Part shown: positions 62,798 to 64,000 of the stretch, piece after piece
Position numbering within the stretch: position 1 is the first letter of the stretch
Layout: each line of letters begins with the position of its first letter
Assembly (NCBI GenBank): GCA_030704615.1
Contig: CM060731.1
Coordinates: 72,974,001 to 73,038,000 of the forward strand
Length of the DNA: 64,000 nt
Direction of reading: 5' to 3'
Source of the DNA: Takakia lepidozioides
Lineage: Eukaryota > Plantae > Bryophyta
Notes under the pieces: model-generated
Seen by the model: only the letters and a program-made list of their open reading frames with translations
Databases searched by the model: none
Told to the model about the DNA's origin: nothing
Made by a program: the position numbers and the translations under genes

Positions 62798-63128
62798 ATT
62801 AGATCTAGATAGATAGATTTCCCCTTTTTGCAGCTATCCCTCCAAAAACTGAGTCAAACAGAGTCCATCTGACAAAGTTATGACCAATTAGGCTCTAAAT
62901 CATTTAAATTAGATCGAAAGGTTATTTATTTATTTATTTATTTTTATTTTTAACACCGAAACGTTCTCGCCATTACAAACCGTTCCCAGGTTTCATTTGT
63001 AGTTACAGGTGCACCACCACAGGCTTGTCGCTCTAGCTCGCAGGTCTTGCACAGATCTTTGCACACAGCGCCCGTCTCTGAAGCTTCGCCTATAGTTTGT
63101 GCAGATTTTGATACGGTTTGCTTCAATA

Positions 63129-63619
63129 ATGGCTGCCTGTGCTGCATCTTCCTGGTGGCCACTGGCATTCCCACTCTGTCCAGAAGCAAGAAGGTTGCAA
63201 GAGTGGCCTCCGTCCAGGCCAGCTTCCCCAGCCTGCGATCTGGCAACCGACTGCATTCCCTGGCAATGAGCAACCGGTCGTTTTCGAGCCAAACTAGAAT
63301 CGCCAAGTCCTCGGCGAAGACCACATGCAATGCAAAGGTTGTGATCTCCTTGAGCACCGGAGCTCTTCTGTTTCTGGGACGATTTGTGTTCCTCCCCTTC
63401 CAGAGAGACAATGTTGCAAGGCAAGGACTCCCTGTACAAAATGGCGTTACTCACTTTGAGGCCGGTGATAGCCGGGCACAGGAGGTCGTTGGCTTTTTGA
63501 AGACGAATGACCCCGCTGGTTTCACCCTCGTCGATGTGCTTGCTTGGGGAGCTCTGGGTCATGCCATTGGTTTCACCATCCTGGCCATTGCAACCAATGA
63601 TTATGAGCCTACCTTTTAG
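63129..63619 (+). pseudogene. psaG: Photosystem I subunit G copy, frameshifted in the transit peptide
   Basis: [46 protein letters not shown]...[19 protein letters not shown]. The ATG at 63129 (MAACAASS) is out of frame with the main ORF. Confidence 0.85.
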
Positions 63620-63696
63620 ACTCGGCAGCGCCTGCATTGGCCGTCTCGCGCTCCTTCTAGCTTCTGCTGATCCGAGAGAGAGAGCAGGCAGGAGCC

Positions 63697-63884
63697 ATGA
63701 GTTTTTGGTTTCACCAGGTGGTGGAGCGAGCACTACCTACCCCAACCGATGAGCAGCCAAAGGCGTACCGCATGACGTTGTGGGCGACCAACGAAGTGCG
63801 GGCAAAGTCCAAGTTTTGGTACTTCCTCAGGAAGTTGAAGAAGGTGAAGAGGTCACACGGGCAGATTCTTGCCATCAATGAGAT
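63697..63884 (+). pseudogene. RPL18A: 60S ribosomal protein L18a (eL20) 5' fragment
   Basis: [11 protein letters not shown]...[40 protein letters not shown]. Lacks the conserved YQ of HQYQVV; similarity stops after AINEI. Confidence 0.82.
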
Positions 63885-64000
63885 CTCCGTCTCTCCGTGT
63901 CTCTCTCCATCCGTCAGCGACAGCAGAGATTTGTTGCCGATGCAGGAAAGAACTTGGGTGTGAGGAAAGCAGAGCGAAATGCCGCACTCGAGGCTATCAG

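Larger units (their letters stand above)
55237..62800 (-). mobile_element. Decayed Ty3/gypsy retrotransposon encoding a Dnmt3-like methyltransferase and an integrase-PHD fusion
   Basis: Minus-strand order: unknown ORF, gag (zinc knuckle), protease (LLDSGA), C5-MTase, RT N-terminus, deletion, integrase, PHD. Candidate short 3' LTR at 55237-55339; no 5' LTR seen. Confidence 0.88.

Noticed and set aside
62870-62900. gttatgacc as a possible 5' LTR of the methyltransferase element
   Set aside because: Similarity to 55237-55339 does not extend beyond a few bases and no PBS is adjacent.
62950-63733. Long minus-strand ORFs (153 and 246 aa)
   Set aside because: Antisense shadows of the psaG coding sequence with no recognisable motifs.

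Overview
Eukaryotic nuclear DNA from a land plant, probably a non-seed plant such as a bryophyte (inferred from gene content and intron style; not provable here). Left to right: (1) a head-to-head pair of ER-Golgi cargo-receptor genes (Erv41/ERGIC2-like on -, Erv46/ERGIC3-like on +) with a TIR element between them; (2) local duplications; (3) a bounded but defective chromovirus-type Ty3/gypsy element (730-bp LTRs, GTATG TSD); (4) small TEs (hAT MITE, CCCTTAAG-ended elements, tRNA-derived SINEs, LINE remnants, 43-bp minisatellite); (5) an aromatic amino-acid decarboxylase-family gene with the Phe residue typical of aldehyde synthases; (6) a decaying block with DRP1, CCX, two F-box copies and a DEAH-helicase fragment; (7) the main highlight, a decayed Ty3/gypsy element whose polyprotein carries a Dnmt3-like cytosine-5 methyltransferase between protease and RT and a PHD finger after the integrase, plus an unexplained upstream ORF; (8) adjacent damaged psaG and RPL18a copies. 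All calls come from reading the sequence and recognising motifs; no searches were run.
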